Below are positions 37,751 to 49,740 of a stretch of DNA of 64,000 nt, piece after piece. Position 1 is the stretch's first letter, and each line of letters opens with the position of its first letter. Location: contig OX597820.1 of the NCBI GenBank assembly GCA_951406725.2, positions 112,654,001 to 112,718,000 of the forward strand, in the 5' to 3' direction. The position numbers and the translations under genes are program-made. The notes beneath the pieces are model-generated. The model searched no databases. It was not told the DNA's origin and saw only the letters and a program-made list of their open reading frames with translations. Source of the stretch: Octopus vulgaris (lineage: Eukaryota).

Positions 37751-38085
37751 CAGATGCTTACGTTGTGCAGTATTTTTTTACACTAACCTATCCTATTTGT
37801 ACTCTATTTTTGAGATATTTGCATGACTGATGGCCCCTAAATTTATATGGGAAGGACTTATATAATGAAATTATATTGGACTTTGGGGCATCATCAGTCA
37901 TGTGTGTGTTCACTGATAACATAATGTCCTACTCATGTTTTAATCTCTTCATAGATACTTTCTTTCTTGAAAATGTGTTTAAAATATAAACATACTTGGT
38001 TTAAATATTTTATTTCTGAGAAAAAACATGAGCCCTCTAAACACAGAGTACTCTCTTGATGTTTGCTACCCCACTATGGGCTTAA

Positions 38086-38305
38086 CCCTTTCATTACCAA
38101 ACCGGCTGAAACCGCCCCTGGCTCTGAGTACAAATGTTTTATTTTCATAAGTTTTGAATTAAAATCTTCCACCAAACCTTTGTCACAATTTATGTTCCTA
38201 ACACTAGCTTAATGATAACTAAGTTATTTTACTAAATTCTTTGTTATATTTAAAGTAATTGAAAGAGACACAGAGCATCTTAAAATAAATACAGTAAAGA
38301 AAGGG
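38086..38305. mobile_element. intact piggyBac-type MITE (220 bp)
   Basis: TTAA TSD at 38082-38085 and 38306-38309; TIR CCCTTTCATTAC / GTAAAGAAAGGG (11/12 match). Confidence 0.9.
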
Positions 38306-38423
38306 TTAAGACCCCACAAAGATGATGCCCCATCTAAGTCAAGAAAAATCGGTTTACTTGATAAATATGGAGCAGAATTTAAACAACTTTGAAAAAAAAA
38401 ATTTCATGAAGCAAAAATATATG

Positions 38424-38426
<3 letters not shown>

Positions 38427-38489
<63 letters not shown>
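38427..38489. repeat. (CA)n microsatellite
   Basis: Direct reading. Confidence 0.95.
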
Positions 38490-38496
<7 letters not shown>

Positions 38497-38794
38497 AACA
38501 CACACTACACTTATTTATGAATGACACAGATACTCCAAATGCCCTTGATCTCTCTTTCACCTCCACCAAATACAGCCTCTACCAAATCATCACTGCTTCT
38601 CCAACTATTGAGTCATCATTGGATGACTCAATCCACATCACGCAGCACACATATCATGTCTGTTATGAAAACTTCTGAGCAAAGCCACTTGCCATTGGAT
38701 TTCATCTGTCTCTCATCTCTTGGATTGCTAAAGTAAATGTCCACAACACAAGCCTAAGATACATTATAAGGATTGTGTTTGTACTTCACTGCCT

Positions 38795-38960
38795 GCCTAC
38801 ATTCTGAGTTCAAATTCCGCCAAGGTCGACTTTGCTTCCATTCTTTCGAGGTCGATAAATTAAGTACCAGTTACGCACTGGGGTCGATGAAATCAACTTA
38901 ATCCCTTTGTCTGTCCTTGTTTGTCCCCCCTATGCTTAGCTCCCTGTGGGCAATAATAAA
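38795..38960 (+). mobile_element. SINE family A, 5'-truncated
   Basis: GAGTTCAAATTCCGCCAAGGTCGAC...AAGTACCAGTTACGCACTGGGG. Confidence 0.85.
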
Positions 38961-39166
38961 ATAAAAATATCTAAAACATCAGCTTGTAATAGAGCAAATT
39001 GTAGAAACATAACAGCTTTGGATTAGTTTTTCATTTGGGGATCCAAAGTCACAGCATGAGACAAGTTGAATATCAGAAAGTAGAAAGTAATGAAGGATAA
39101 TTTCATTACAATTGTGATGTATGTAATCACTTTTGTTTTCCATAAGCTAGCCTTTGAAGTTATTAA

Positions 39167-39734
39167 CCCTTTTGTTATATTTCTGTTGCGATACATTCTG
39201 TTGTGTTTGGGGAGAGTCATTTTCTTTTTGTGCCTTATTATTTAACACACTCACTGGTAAAATTTCCACTTTTTTTCTTATTTTTATTGTCCTAAAATTT
39301 TCGTTGCGTCTTGCAACCTCTTCAATAGTTTTGACTCTTGAAAACTATCGAAAAGGTTGCAACACGCAACGAAAATTTTAGGACAATAAAAATAAGAAAA
39401 AAAGTGGAAATTTTACCAGTGAGTGTGTTAAATAATAAGGCACAAAAAGAAAATGACTTTCCCCAAACACAACAGAATATGCTTCAACACACAAACTCAT
39501 ATAAAGAATCTTGCAAACCAAATCCAAAAACGAAATGTTGAGATACAGTTTACTTTCAATTGGTTTTGAAAATGATAATGAGTATAGTGAAATAAGTTAG
39601 TCATTATTAAGCTGTTAATTGGAACACAAATTAATATGAAACTTTAATAAGAGGTTTTAATTTAGCTCTCTTTAAAACAGGAAGCCTGTATCATAAAACC
39701 AAGGATGGTTTCAGATAGTTTAGTATTAAAAGAG
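39167..39734 (+). mobile_element. piggyBac-type MITE interrupted by a palindromic insertion
   Basis: TTAA|CCCTTTT at 39163; AAAAGAG|TTAA at 39735-39738. Confidence 0.75.
39196..39535. mobile_element. inverted Penelope-like pseudo-LTR pair (138-bp arms) with hammerhead-like motifs
   Basis: Arms 39195-39332 and 39341-39478, 8-nt loop; TSD TGTTG(C/A)GATACA at 39184-39195 and 39536-39547. Confidence 0.75.
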
Positions 39735-40489
39735 TTAAAGTGGCCAAATGGTGAGACTCATCATAGGTTACATAATGATCAATGTATACAAACAGGGACT
39801 TTCATGTATATGGAATGTAGTAAGATGTGTAAAAATAAATCAGGTCTCACTTTATTTTAAACTTTATAACAATGACATGACATTGGAGCAAAACACTTTC
39901 GTGTGTCATGTGTCAGGTGCAATGATAATGTTATGCATGTTGTAACTCGTGGCATCATTGTTGTAAAGTTTACAATTAGAAGGGTGTGAGAGTGGCTTCT
40001 GTACAGATTCTGGATAAAAAATAAACAAAAACAAAAGGAAATTTTACTAAGTTTCAACAATGATTATACTTGTCTAGTTGATGGTTTTCATAGATGTATG
40101 TATATACGTACGTGTGTGTGTGTGTGCATGTGTACACATACACATGCACTCACATATAAACAGACATTTTACATGTGTACATATAATATGAGTGTGTGTC
40201 TGTAACAATCTATTATATATCTTTATGTGTATGGGGTGTGCAGTAACGTATATGTCTGTATATATTTCTTACATAGAAAGGTATGCACATGTTTTGCGAT
40301 ATGTTAGATTACAAGGCAAAGACTAGAGTGAACCGTGATGTTGTTTGGGGAGAATTCTGCACTGAAATGCAATTCAGAGATGGTGTCAAATGTGGAGAAA
40401 TGCATGGGAGGTAGTGTGCCTACACGATGTAGACCCAACAGAAGGACTAAATATTGAAGTTGACAGCCATATGGGTGAAATCATGCTTA

Positions 40490-40860
40490 GAGATATAAAA
40501 GCAGTGAAATCATTAAGATACTTAAATATCTTGCAAAGCTGGTCATGTGTTATTAAAGAGGGAGCTGAGGGAGGTGTCACTGAAAAACTAGTGTTGCAGT
40601 ATAGTCATCAACTGTTTAAAATCAAAGGAGATGTTCATGAAAGAAACAACTACAAACTTACAAAATTACATAAATTAGATGGACCAATTTATAAAAGTTA
40701 CTGAAAGAGTTATAACACAACTGATCAGGAAGCAAATTAGAAGAGATGCATTTTGGGCTTATGTCAAAATGGGGCACCATAGATGACTTCTTCCTCGTGA
40801 GGCAACTTAGTTAAGAGTGAGCTGCTCTACATACATTTTTGGACTTGGGAAAGGCCTGCA
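40490..40860 (+). mobile_element. RTE-clade LINE RT fragment (degenerate)
   Basis: KGDVHERNNYK, then across frameshifts F.LM..GTIDDFFLVRQL and FLDLGKA. Confidence 0.6.
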
Positions 40861-41794
40861 GGGATTCAAATCCCAACTGCAAGATATTCAGCCACCACCA
40901 ACTAACATGATCTATAAATTAACCAATCAGTTTGAAGCTGTGATATGATATGGCTCTTTGGATAATGTAAAATTTACCCCCTTTTTACCTTATAAATCTG
41001 TTTGGCACCTAAGAGCCAGACAGCCTTGGCAGGCCACTGAAACCAGACAGCCTCAAAGAAATTACTTTGGACACACACACGATGTACCACTGCTAGCCTT
41101 CTACAGACACAGTGCAGTTCTCTCCTCCCAGTCAGTGGTTATTTCATCAGCAGCCGACTGGGAGGGGAGAACCAGCTGTGGTATATCATGAGTGTCCAAT
41201 GTCATTTCTTGCTTGACATGGTCTGTCCAGTTGCCTGAAGTTGTCTGGTCTTAGCAGTCTGCTTTCTGTGAATGCCCAAGGTGATCTACAAGAATGTTCT
41301 AGGCTGTCTGATCTTAGAGGTCTTCCAAAGTTATATGGTTTCTGTGGTCTGCTGGGGCTATCTGGATGAATTAGATGCCAAGTGTTTTTTTTCATACAAT
41401 GGAAAGGGAGTGAATATTAGATCGTTTGAGAAACTCTGTCACACCACAGCTTCATGTAGATTGGTTGATTCATTTTGATCAATCATGTGAGTCTGCAGTG
41501 GCTTACTCATGATCCCTAACTGAATATCTTGTGGTTGGGGTTCGAATCCCCACAGGCCTTTGAAGGGTTGCATGCTTTGTTGTCTGATGGTCACTAAGAA
41601 AAGTAAAGATAGATGAATGACTCATGAAAATCCTGGTGCCATGTTCATTGGTACCATCAACTAGATGAGTTGGCAATTAAATCAGCCAGGAGTTTAGCGT
41701 CCAGGCTGGTATTCATTGGGATTCAGATCTCATCTGTCTTCTGTTTATTATAACCCTTTAGGCTATATCAGAGAAGTTTAAATGCAGCTGTCAT

Positions 41795-42390
41795 GGGGGA
41801 CTAGTGTATGCTAATGACCTCATAGCTGAATTGGTCAAAGATTTAGAGAAACAATTCCTAACATGAAAGTGACATCTAGAATCATGATCACTAAAATGTA
41901 AACCTAGCAAATATATAAGTTTTAGTTACCAAGAAAGAAAATGGGGCCTTACCGTTGTTAGAAAAGTAGCTTTTATTGATATATATAGAGAGAGTCAGTA
42001 GGAATTCCATACATTGTACCCAGAGTAAACTATGGACACACAAGAAGTGCAGTAGGATCACAGGTAAGTTGACAGACTTCATATGTGTCAGGTACATAAG
42101 CATAAAAGTAATTAACAGTAAGAGTACACGTGAAATAAATACTGTCTAGGACTCTTCAGAAGTAGTTGATGGCTTTTGTTATCTAGGTGACCTAATTTGC
42201 TGTGGATGTAGGTGCCCCAAAAGTAAAGTTGTCAGAGTAAGACCAGAATAGAAAAATTCAGGGAGCCATTGCCACTATTGATTGGCAACAGAAGTTTTTA
42301 TTTTCTTTTTGGAATGATTAGCAGATTGTATGATGCTTGTGTATAAAGTGAAAGACTCTGTGGTAGCAAGACAAATGTCCTGAATACACA
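41795..42390 (+). mobile_element. RTE-clade LINE fragment (continuation)
   Basis: LVYANDL (YADD box), SIHCTQSKLWTHKKCSRITGKL, EVVDGFCYLGDLI, RLYDACV. Confidence 0.7.
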
Positions 42391-42419
42391 AATACATATT
42401 GAGTAACAGACTGACTCAG

Positions 42420-42775
42420 CTCTTCAAGTTTTGTGGAAGTGCAGAAGCATGACCAGCTTCTTGAACAAATAGACACGCATGCATGTGTGTGTGTGTGTAC
42501 ATGTGTGTGTGTGTGCGTGTGTGTGTGTTTGTGTGTGCATGTGTGCTTGTCTCAACTCCACATGATAGTTGTAAACGAGCATCACTGTCATACAGGTCAC
42601 ATTATTTGTTTCTAGTTCTGCATGTAAAATGTGTCTGGTTATGGGAAATATTACATTGCTCAGAAACAAGGTGAGAGTTGGAGACAGGAAGGGCATCTCG
42701 TTAAGGGACATCTGCCTCAACAAAATTCAATCTTATTCATATAAGCATCAAAAAGCAGAGGTTAAAATGATACAG
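42420..42775 (+). mobile_element. RTE-tailed SINE, degenerate
   Basis: GGAAGGGCATC..CTGCCTCAACAAA; homologous to 1-150. Confidence 0.6.
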
Positions 42776-43976
42776 TTGTTACTGCTACTGCTTTGATGTT
42801 ATGTCTGTAATCCGAGCAGCTCAATATACCATTTCCATAGAAATTCCATTCTAAGTATTCATTCTGAGTCAACATCATTTTAATTCCATAAATAAAAATT
42901 TTCTATTGAAATATTTCAAAATGCATAATAGCACTTAAGTACTTAAGCCAATCAAAGCTCATTCTTTTGTTTACATATACTTCTCACATTCAATGGTTAT
43001 TTATTGTGTGTGTGTGTGTGTGTGTGTGTGTTTGTATTTATACTATTAAATTATCACTTGAGGATTAGAAATTTTAAACTCAGGATTGAGGTTTCTGAAG
43101 TTTCAGCTCCAAATATGTGCTCGCCTGCATCAGTATGTGCACATGCAGTGCTGTGAGTGTGTGTGGGGGTGTAGCAACAGCCTTTGGGTAGTACTACAAT
43201 GTATTCATATAATAATTTTTTCATTGGCATATCTTTTTGTTACAGAGCCATTCTCTAACATGGTTCTCATACAACATTACCTTGGTTTTTATCATTGTCA
43301 GACACAAGTATTGAATCATCTTGTAACATTGCCTACGATAGACTTGTGTCCTATCCATGAAAGGCATTTCTCCTTTTTTTTCTCTTCAACTTTCTGCCAT
43401 TAAATCAGAGCTAAACATCAGTTCTTAAAAACTCCATAGAGTTTAGAAAGCATTATTGTTTTTCACAATGCCAAGATGGTGGTTTTTTTCCTGTCTCTTC
43501 TAGATAATATAACCACTGCTTCTCTACCCAACCAACTACTTATTAACTATCCATACTGGATTACTGGATTGCTCTTTCTCAGCATTTCTCAAAGAAAAAC
43601 AAAATTTTCATGCAGCTCTTCTTTTCATTTTCCTGCAGAAAGTTTCTTAGCTAAATACAGGTCACACAGATGAGCAATATCCATATTAATGTTATTTACC
43701 TCACTCATAGCACCATCACCACCACCACTACCACTGCCACCACCAACACACAATAGCAGTAATCTGTTTTTCACACACTGTTAGGATGCCACTTTTCCTA
43801 TGAAACATAGTTGGATAACCTCACTTGTTACTTATTTACTATATTTCCTGTCACCAAGGCTACAATGAGCAGAAATCCTATAATTTCGAAGTAATAAGGT
43901 AAATGTGAATATCATATCATTTGATTCTAAGAAGACATCTTGTGAATGTAAAGTGCTTTTGTTTCATATGAAAAGT

Positions 43977-44045
<69 letters not shown>

Positions 44046-44533
44046 CTGTCACTCTCTCTGTGTTTCATAAAATCAACATAGAAGAAAGAAACTGCAGAAG
44101 AAAACATAGAAACATGAAGAAAAAAATTTCGGTAATGCTGCTGTTGAAGGAACGCTGTTTGATTGCATGAAGTAAATTTGCAATGGCAGCCAAATACACC
44201 CCTACAAGTTGCTGATAATAAAGTGTAGATTGATTAGGAATGGAAGGAAGGAAAGTGGGAGGGGAGAAATGATATGATGAAGCAGAATACACAATTTAAT
44301 GTAAAAAAACCACTTTTAGCAGCATTTTTACCATTTTGTTTTTTTTCAGATAAAGTTGCTGACTTCATTGGTTTAAGCAACTGAAATTGCAGAGTGGTAT
44401 AGGTATATGTATGTGGGCATGCAATTAATGTAAATATACAAGAAAAGAGCATTTCAATGAGTATGGAGACTTACGTGTGTATGCGGATACTCACACTCAC
44501 ACATATATGCCTATACATACATATATTTTAGTG

Positions 44534-44845
44534 AAGGCACATGGCTCAGCAGTTAGAGCATTGGGTTCAGAATCATGAGATAGAGACGTCGATACCCAGA
44601 CTGGGTTGTGTGTTGTGTTCTTGAGCAAGACACTTTATTTCCAGCTGTAGAAATGAGTTGTGATTTCACTGATGCCACGCTGTATTAGCCTTTTCTTTTC
44701 CCTTGGATAACACCAGTGGCGTGGAGAGGGAAAGCTGGTATGCATGGGTAATAGCTGGTCTTCCATGAACAACCTTGCCCAGACTTGAGCCTCGGAGGGG
44801 AACTTTCTAGGTGCAATCCCAAGGTCATCCATGATTGAGGTGGGG
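44534..44845 (+). mobile_element. tRNA-derived CORE-like SINE (family E)
   Basis: TGGCTCAGCAGTTAG head, TGTGTTCTTGAGCAAGACACTT CORE-like motif, tail of the same type as 1445-1640. Confidence 0.8.
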
Positions 44846-44857
44846 TCCTAAATTTTA

Positions 44858-45663
44858 GGAGTAGATATGGCTGTGTGGTTTAAGATAGTTGCTTTGCAAG
44901 CATATAGTTTTGGGTTCAGTCCCACTGCATGGCACCTTGACCAAGTGTCTTCTGTGATAGCACCAGACTGACCAATGCCTTGTGAGTGAATGTGATAGAT
45001 AGAAACTATGTGGAAGCTTTTATATATATATCACCTCCTACAGTGGTTTCTCCACTGTTATCTCCTCCCATTTTTTCCCTCCTCTGAACCTCCTTTTCAC
45101 TTTTACCATATTCACCTGCCATTCAACTGCACTTTCCACCCAGCCAATCACATGCGCTCCCCACCACTTGCACCACTTCCCCATGTCCATCTCCTTATAT
45201 AGATATTTTCCTTTACATGCACACAACTTCCTCTCTTAGCTCCTCCCCCACAGAACTGCATTCCCACCCAGCCTCTAAATTCCCACCACTCTTCACTCTT
45301 TTCCACTCCTTCTCTTTTTCCCTAATAATGGACTCTGTGGCTAGAACATTGAATATCTTTTTCCTTTCAAGCAGAAAACTAATAAAATCTTTCTGAAAAC
45401 TTGTCCTTGCTCTTATGTTTTTCTCATTTTTGTTCATTCATCATATGTGTGTGTATGTGTCATTGTATCTGTATTTGTCTCCATCAGTACTTGACAACCA
45501 GTGTTGGTTTGTTTATGCCCCTGTAACTTGATGATATGGCAAAGCATATTGATAGAATTTGCACAAGACTTAAGGAAATAAGTACTTGGGTCAATCTGTT
45601 TGGCTAAAACCTCTTTCAAGGTAGTGCTTGAGCATGACTGCAGTCCAGTGAGTGAAACAAATA

Positions 45664-45670
<7 letters not shown>
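44858..45670 (+). mobile_element. SINE family C split by a ~400-bp pyrimidine-rich insert
   Basis: Head at 44858-45025, 3' half at 45445-45670. Confidence 0.7.
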
Positions 45671-45701
<31 letters not shown>

Positions 45702-46137
45702 CTGATATAAGAGTAAATAATTAATAGTTTTAAAAAACCCAACAATTATTTATGGGTAGATTTCGGTAACCCTAGACTTTGCTTTCGTTATTTTTTCTTC
45801 TGTTTTACATATGTGAATTACATGAATATGTTATATGTGGAGTCTTATTTGTACAAAGTAGAAATAAACAGTCTTTGACTGCTATTTCTGATTTTTTCGG
45901 TATGTGACTAAGGAACCTGTTGCCTGTCCCTTTTTATTTATATATATATAAATGCATAACATTATGTATTTATGGCTGCTTTTTTCTCTGGATGTGGTCA
46001 AATGATGTTGACACCTCTGATTAGAGCCCAAAAAATGTTTGAAAATCAATTAAAGATGTTCATCAGTTTTTTAATCTGTGGAGAAAAAGTGAAGTTTGTC
46101 ATGTTTGTATATCTTCTACATAAGTCTATATATATTA

Positions 46138-46509
46138 CTAGCAGAGATACTCAGTGTTGCCCGTATTGCATGCAATTGAAGAATTAGACTTTTCTGTTAT
46201 ATTTTCTGTAATGAACAGGAATACCTATGGTTCGAATTTCATCAAAATTGCAGATGAGGGTTCTTTCTCTCTTTACACATCCTAAAAAAATTCTAATCAT
46301 GACACATGTATCCCATACTACTGATCTTTATGTGCAGATTCCAAAATTCCAGTCTTATGGAACCTGTTAAAAGGATTTTGCTCCTGAAAAACGGAGGTTA
46401 TGGAGCTCTAAAATGTGTGTGTGTATATATAAATAAAATATATATATATATATGTAAACACACACAAAAAGATAGATATACATCTACATATATACGTTTG
46501 TGCAGATGT

Positions 46510-46548
<39 letters not shown>

Positions 46549-46886
46549 ATATATATATTATATATATATGTATGTAAGCCTGTATATATGTAAGATAATA
46601 GTTTCACTTTAATAGTTTCAGTATTAAAGTGAAAATATCTGACATTACAATAGAGAGATGTTATTGTTTCACTTTTGACACGTAATACTGAAATAGTGGG
46701 GAAGATATGATATTGCTCTGGGCTTGCACTAGGCAAGAAGTTACAAATTTTTTGGCCTATGACACTACATGGGCCCTAAGTAAGGCATGTGTAAAATATG
46801 AATGAAATTGATTGTGTAGTTCTCAAGTTTTAGGGATTCACATAGACAGACAGACAGAAACACATTCTCATCTTTATATATATAGA
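46138..46886 (-). mobile_element. non-autonomous Helitron
   Basis: Minus strand: A|TCTATATATATAAAG 5' end, (GTCT)n, decayed 3' hairpin ATACGGGCAACACTGAGTAT, then CTAG|T; inserted in an AT dinucleotide without TSD. Confidence 0.8.
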
Positions 46887-47600
46887 TATCATACCCTTAA
46901 ACTGTGTGGTTTATACCATGATACTATGTAGGCTTACATGTATATATATGCACGTGTGTGCCTGTGTGTATACAGATATGTGTGTGTATACACACACACA
47001 CAAACACATACTATAAGTATATACATACTTATATATACTGGCAATACCCCACCATGGCCACAGCCTTCAAGTTGAAACACATCAAAGAATAAAATATTTC
47101 ATTCAGTTTTTAATCCCAAAATTTACCCTTTTAAGCTCATCCAGAGGTACAGGTTATCAAATAGACAGTAGGCTGGAGTTTGCTTGCTTTTATCAAATGT
47201 GTTTGAATGTGCACAAATATCTGCAGAAATTTGACAGATATAAAAAAAGAAGAGCAGAGCAAGCAAGTTTTTTTATTACATCAATTTACAATTGTTTACT
47301 AATGACAAATATTTTACAAAATTCTTCATTATGCAAATTATGCATAGCAAAGTGGGTGAAGATCCTAAAGGGTTCCCTTGACCCAGGGAACATTCTTAAC
47401 TCCAGAACGGAGGACTTCAGACAGTGCTTACATTTCAGGAAATTCCTGCTGGCCTATTGGAATCCACAGGATGGCAGGGTCACCAGTGATCGATAGCCAA
47501 AGGGAGACAATCTCCTTTGTTGACATTGAGTAGCGGGATCCTTTCTTCCTCCATATTCTACAGAGGTCACTCACTAGAGAGGCCTTAAGCCAACAGGTTT

Positions 47601-47663
47601 TGGGATCTGATGATACGCCATAAAGCTAAGTCCTTTTTGGATGTGAAACCTAAGGTAATCCCA
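47601..47663 (+). ncRNA. type I hammerhead ribozyme (canonical core)
   Basis: Stem I TGGGAT/ATCCCA; CTGATGA at 47607-47613; stem II ACGCCA..TGGATGT; GAAA at 47645-47648; stem III CC-TAA-GG; GUA site with predicted cut after 47657. Confidence 0.75.
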
Positions 47664-47764
47664 TAAATCAGCCTTATCTAATTTTAATGTATATATGTAT
47701 GTGTGTGTGTGTGTCTGTGTTTACACTAACTTGAAAAGCTTATGTTGGATTTATATTATGTCTA

Positions 47765-48142
47765 CGGGCCCCGTGCAAGTAGGGTATTAAGAGCACAATC
47801 CAAGCATGATCGTTGCCAGAGTGGCTATCTGGCCTCCGTGCTGGTGGCACGTAGAAGACACCATTACCAGCATTGCCTACTGGCACCTGTGCCCGTGGCA
47901 TGTGTAAAAGATTCGAGAGAGGTCGTTGCCAGTACTGCCTGACTGGCCCCGTGCTGGTGGCACGTAAAAGCACCCACTACACTCTCAGAGTGGTTGGCAT
48001 TAGGAACGGCATCCAGCTGTAGAAACTCTGCCAGATCAAGACTGGAGCCTGGTGCAGCTATCTGGTTCGCCAGCCCTCAGTCATTCGTCCAACCCATGCT
48101 AGCATGGAAAGCGGACGTTAAACGATGATGATGATGATGATG
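47765..48142 (+). mobile_element. RTE-tailed SINE family D nested in a decayed family C copy
   Basis: Homologous to 37136-37541; family C remnants at ~47690-47764 and 48143-48290. Confidence 0.85.
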
Positions 48143-48675
48143 TCTCATAACTTAGCAGAATGCTAAACTGAATTTGAGAAAATTAGTACCAGACTGAAAT
48201 AAGTGTTGAAGTTGTTATTATCCAGTAAAGCCTTGAAAGTGGGGAACCAGCTTGACCACAATTTAAAAGCTGAAGCCAATGAAAGAAGGAATTAATTATT
48301 ATCAATGCAATTAGTATTGGAATGAACTAGCATGAAAGTCTCATGTTTAGTTCTTTAGCATATGAGGATGGCTGTAGTGCTGATGATGATGGTGTATGTT
48401 GTTAGTAGTGGTGGAGGTAATGGTAATGATGATGATGACGATGATGATGGCAGTTGTGACAATGACATGTTTATATATCATAACATAATGATTTAATTGA
48501 TTTGTCGGATGGTGATGATGATGATGATGCCAATCATCAGAAAGAACACACACACACATTGTATGTATATGCACATATGCATGTTTATATATCTATATCT
48601 ATATATATATCTATATCTATATCTATATATATCTATATATATATATCTATATCTATATATATATATATAGAGAGA

Positions 48676-49525
48676 GTTTAGTAAAGGGAGATTTTATCAT
48701 TATATGTTTTTATGAGTTTTAGTTTATCATGGTAGTTTTATTAAAGAATTCGTAGTAATTTATGTCTATTTACGATGTCTATTATTTTATTACATTATTT
48801 CATTCATAATTTTTAAGTAATGTTCGTTTTACCAAGTGAATATAATTTTTAATTCCATTTATTCCATTTCTCCATTCATAATTTTAAATGATGTTCGTTT
48901 CTAGAGCAGGAATGTGGGTTGTATGTGTGTGTGAGGGAGTATGAATAAGTATTGTGTTGAAGTATTTGGCTATTTTATTTATTTATCGTTGCCTAGACAT
49001 TTTTATGTGTATGTATAGGGATATATATATAGGTGTGTGATTTAGTGTATGTATTTAGATATGGTTATATATAATTAGTTATATGTGTATGGGTGTATAT
49101 ATAGTTTATTTTTTGTTTTGTTTTATATTTAATTGTTGATAGGTTTATTTTAGTTTATATATTGTTTATATATTGATTATATATGGATTATATATAGGTT
49201 ATATATAAATTATATATTTATATTTTTTCATTAATACTTTAATTATTTTAAAATTATTATTTTTATATTTTAAAATATTGATATTTTAGATTGGAAGTCC
49301 ACCTGAAGATTGTCGATCAGGACAAGAAACAATTGTAGTGGCGGTTTTTTTGACTTTTTATTAAAATTTTATGTATTGATTAAGTCTTTCCTTGTTTGTT
49401 TTGCAAAATAGTGGTTTTGTCTCTAATAATATTATATAATATTTTACTATAAAATTGGATTTAATCCTAAATCTGATTTTTTTCCCTGTAAATTTGGATT
49501 TATTCCCTAATATTTATTATTATAT
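48676..49525 (+). mobile_element. extremely AT-rich Penelope-like remnant between (TA)-type repeats
   Basis: Contains the hammerhead at 49299-49341; no intact ORF. Confidence 0.45.
49299..49341 (+). ncRNA. minimal type I hammerhead ribozyme (Penelope-type)
   Basis: CCAC-CTGAAGA-TTGTC-GATCAG-GACAA-GAAA-C-AATT-G-TA-GTGG; palindromic CAATTG stem III; predicted cut after 49337. Confidence 0.75.
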
Positions 49526-49530
49526 AGATA

Positions 49531-49740
49531 TATATATAAGAAATTAAAAAAGGAAAATACACACACTTACATACTTTTAGTATAATTTTTAATATATCGA
49601 CTGGTTTTGCTAGAAAAAATACATATTCAAATAAGTAAAACATAATATCATGAATAGCAATAGCAAAACCGGTCGATATATTAAAAATTATACTAAAACT
49701 ATGTAAGTGTGAGTAGTTTCCTTTTTTAATTTCTTATATA
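49531..49740. mobile_element. inverted Penelope-like pseudo-LTR pair with decayed hammerhead
   Basis: Arms 49531-49612 and 49661-49740; ATATC-ATGA..GC-AAAA-CCGG-TC-GATAT. Confidence 0.55.

Noticed and set aside
37822-37902. Hairpin CATGACTGATGG../..TCATCAGTCATG containing CTGATGA on the minus strand
   Set aside because: The inverted repeat is real but a complete hammerhead cannot be assembled
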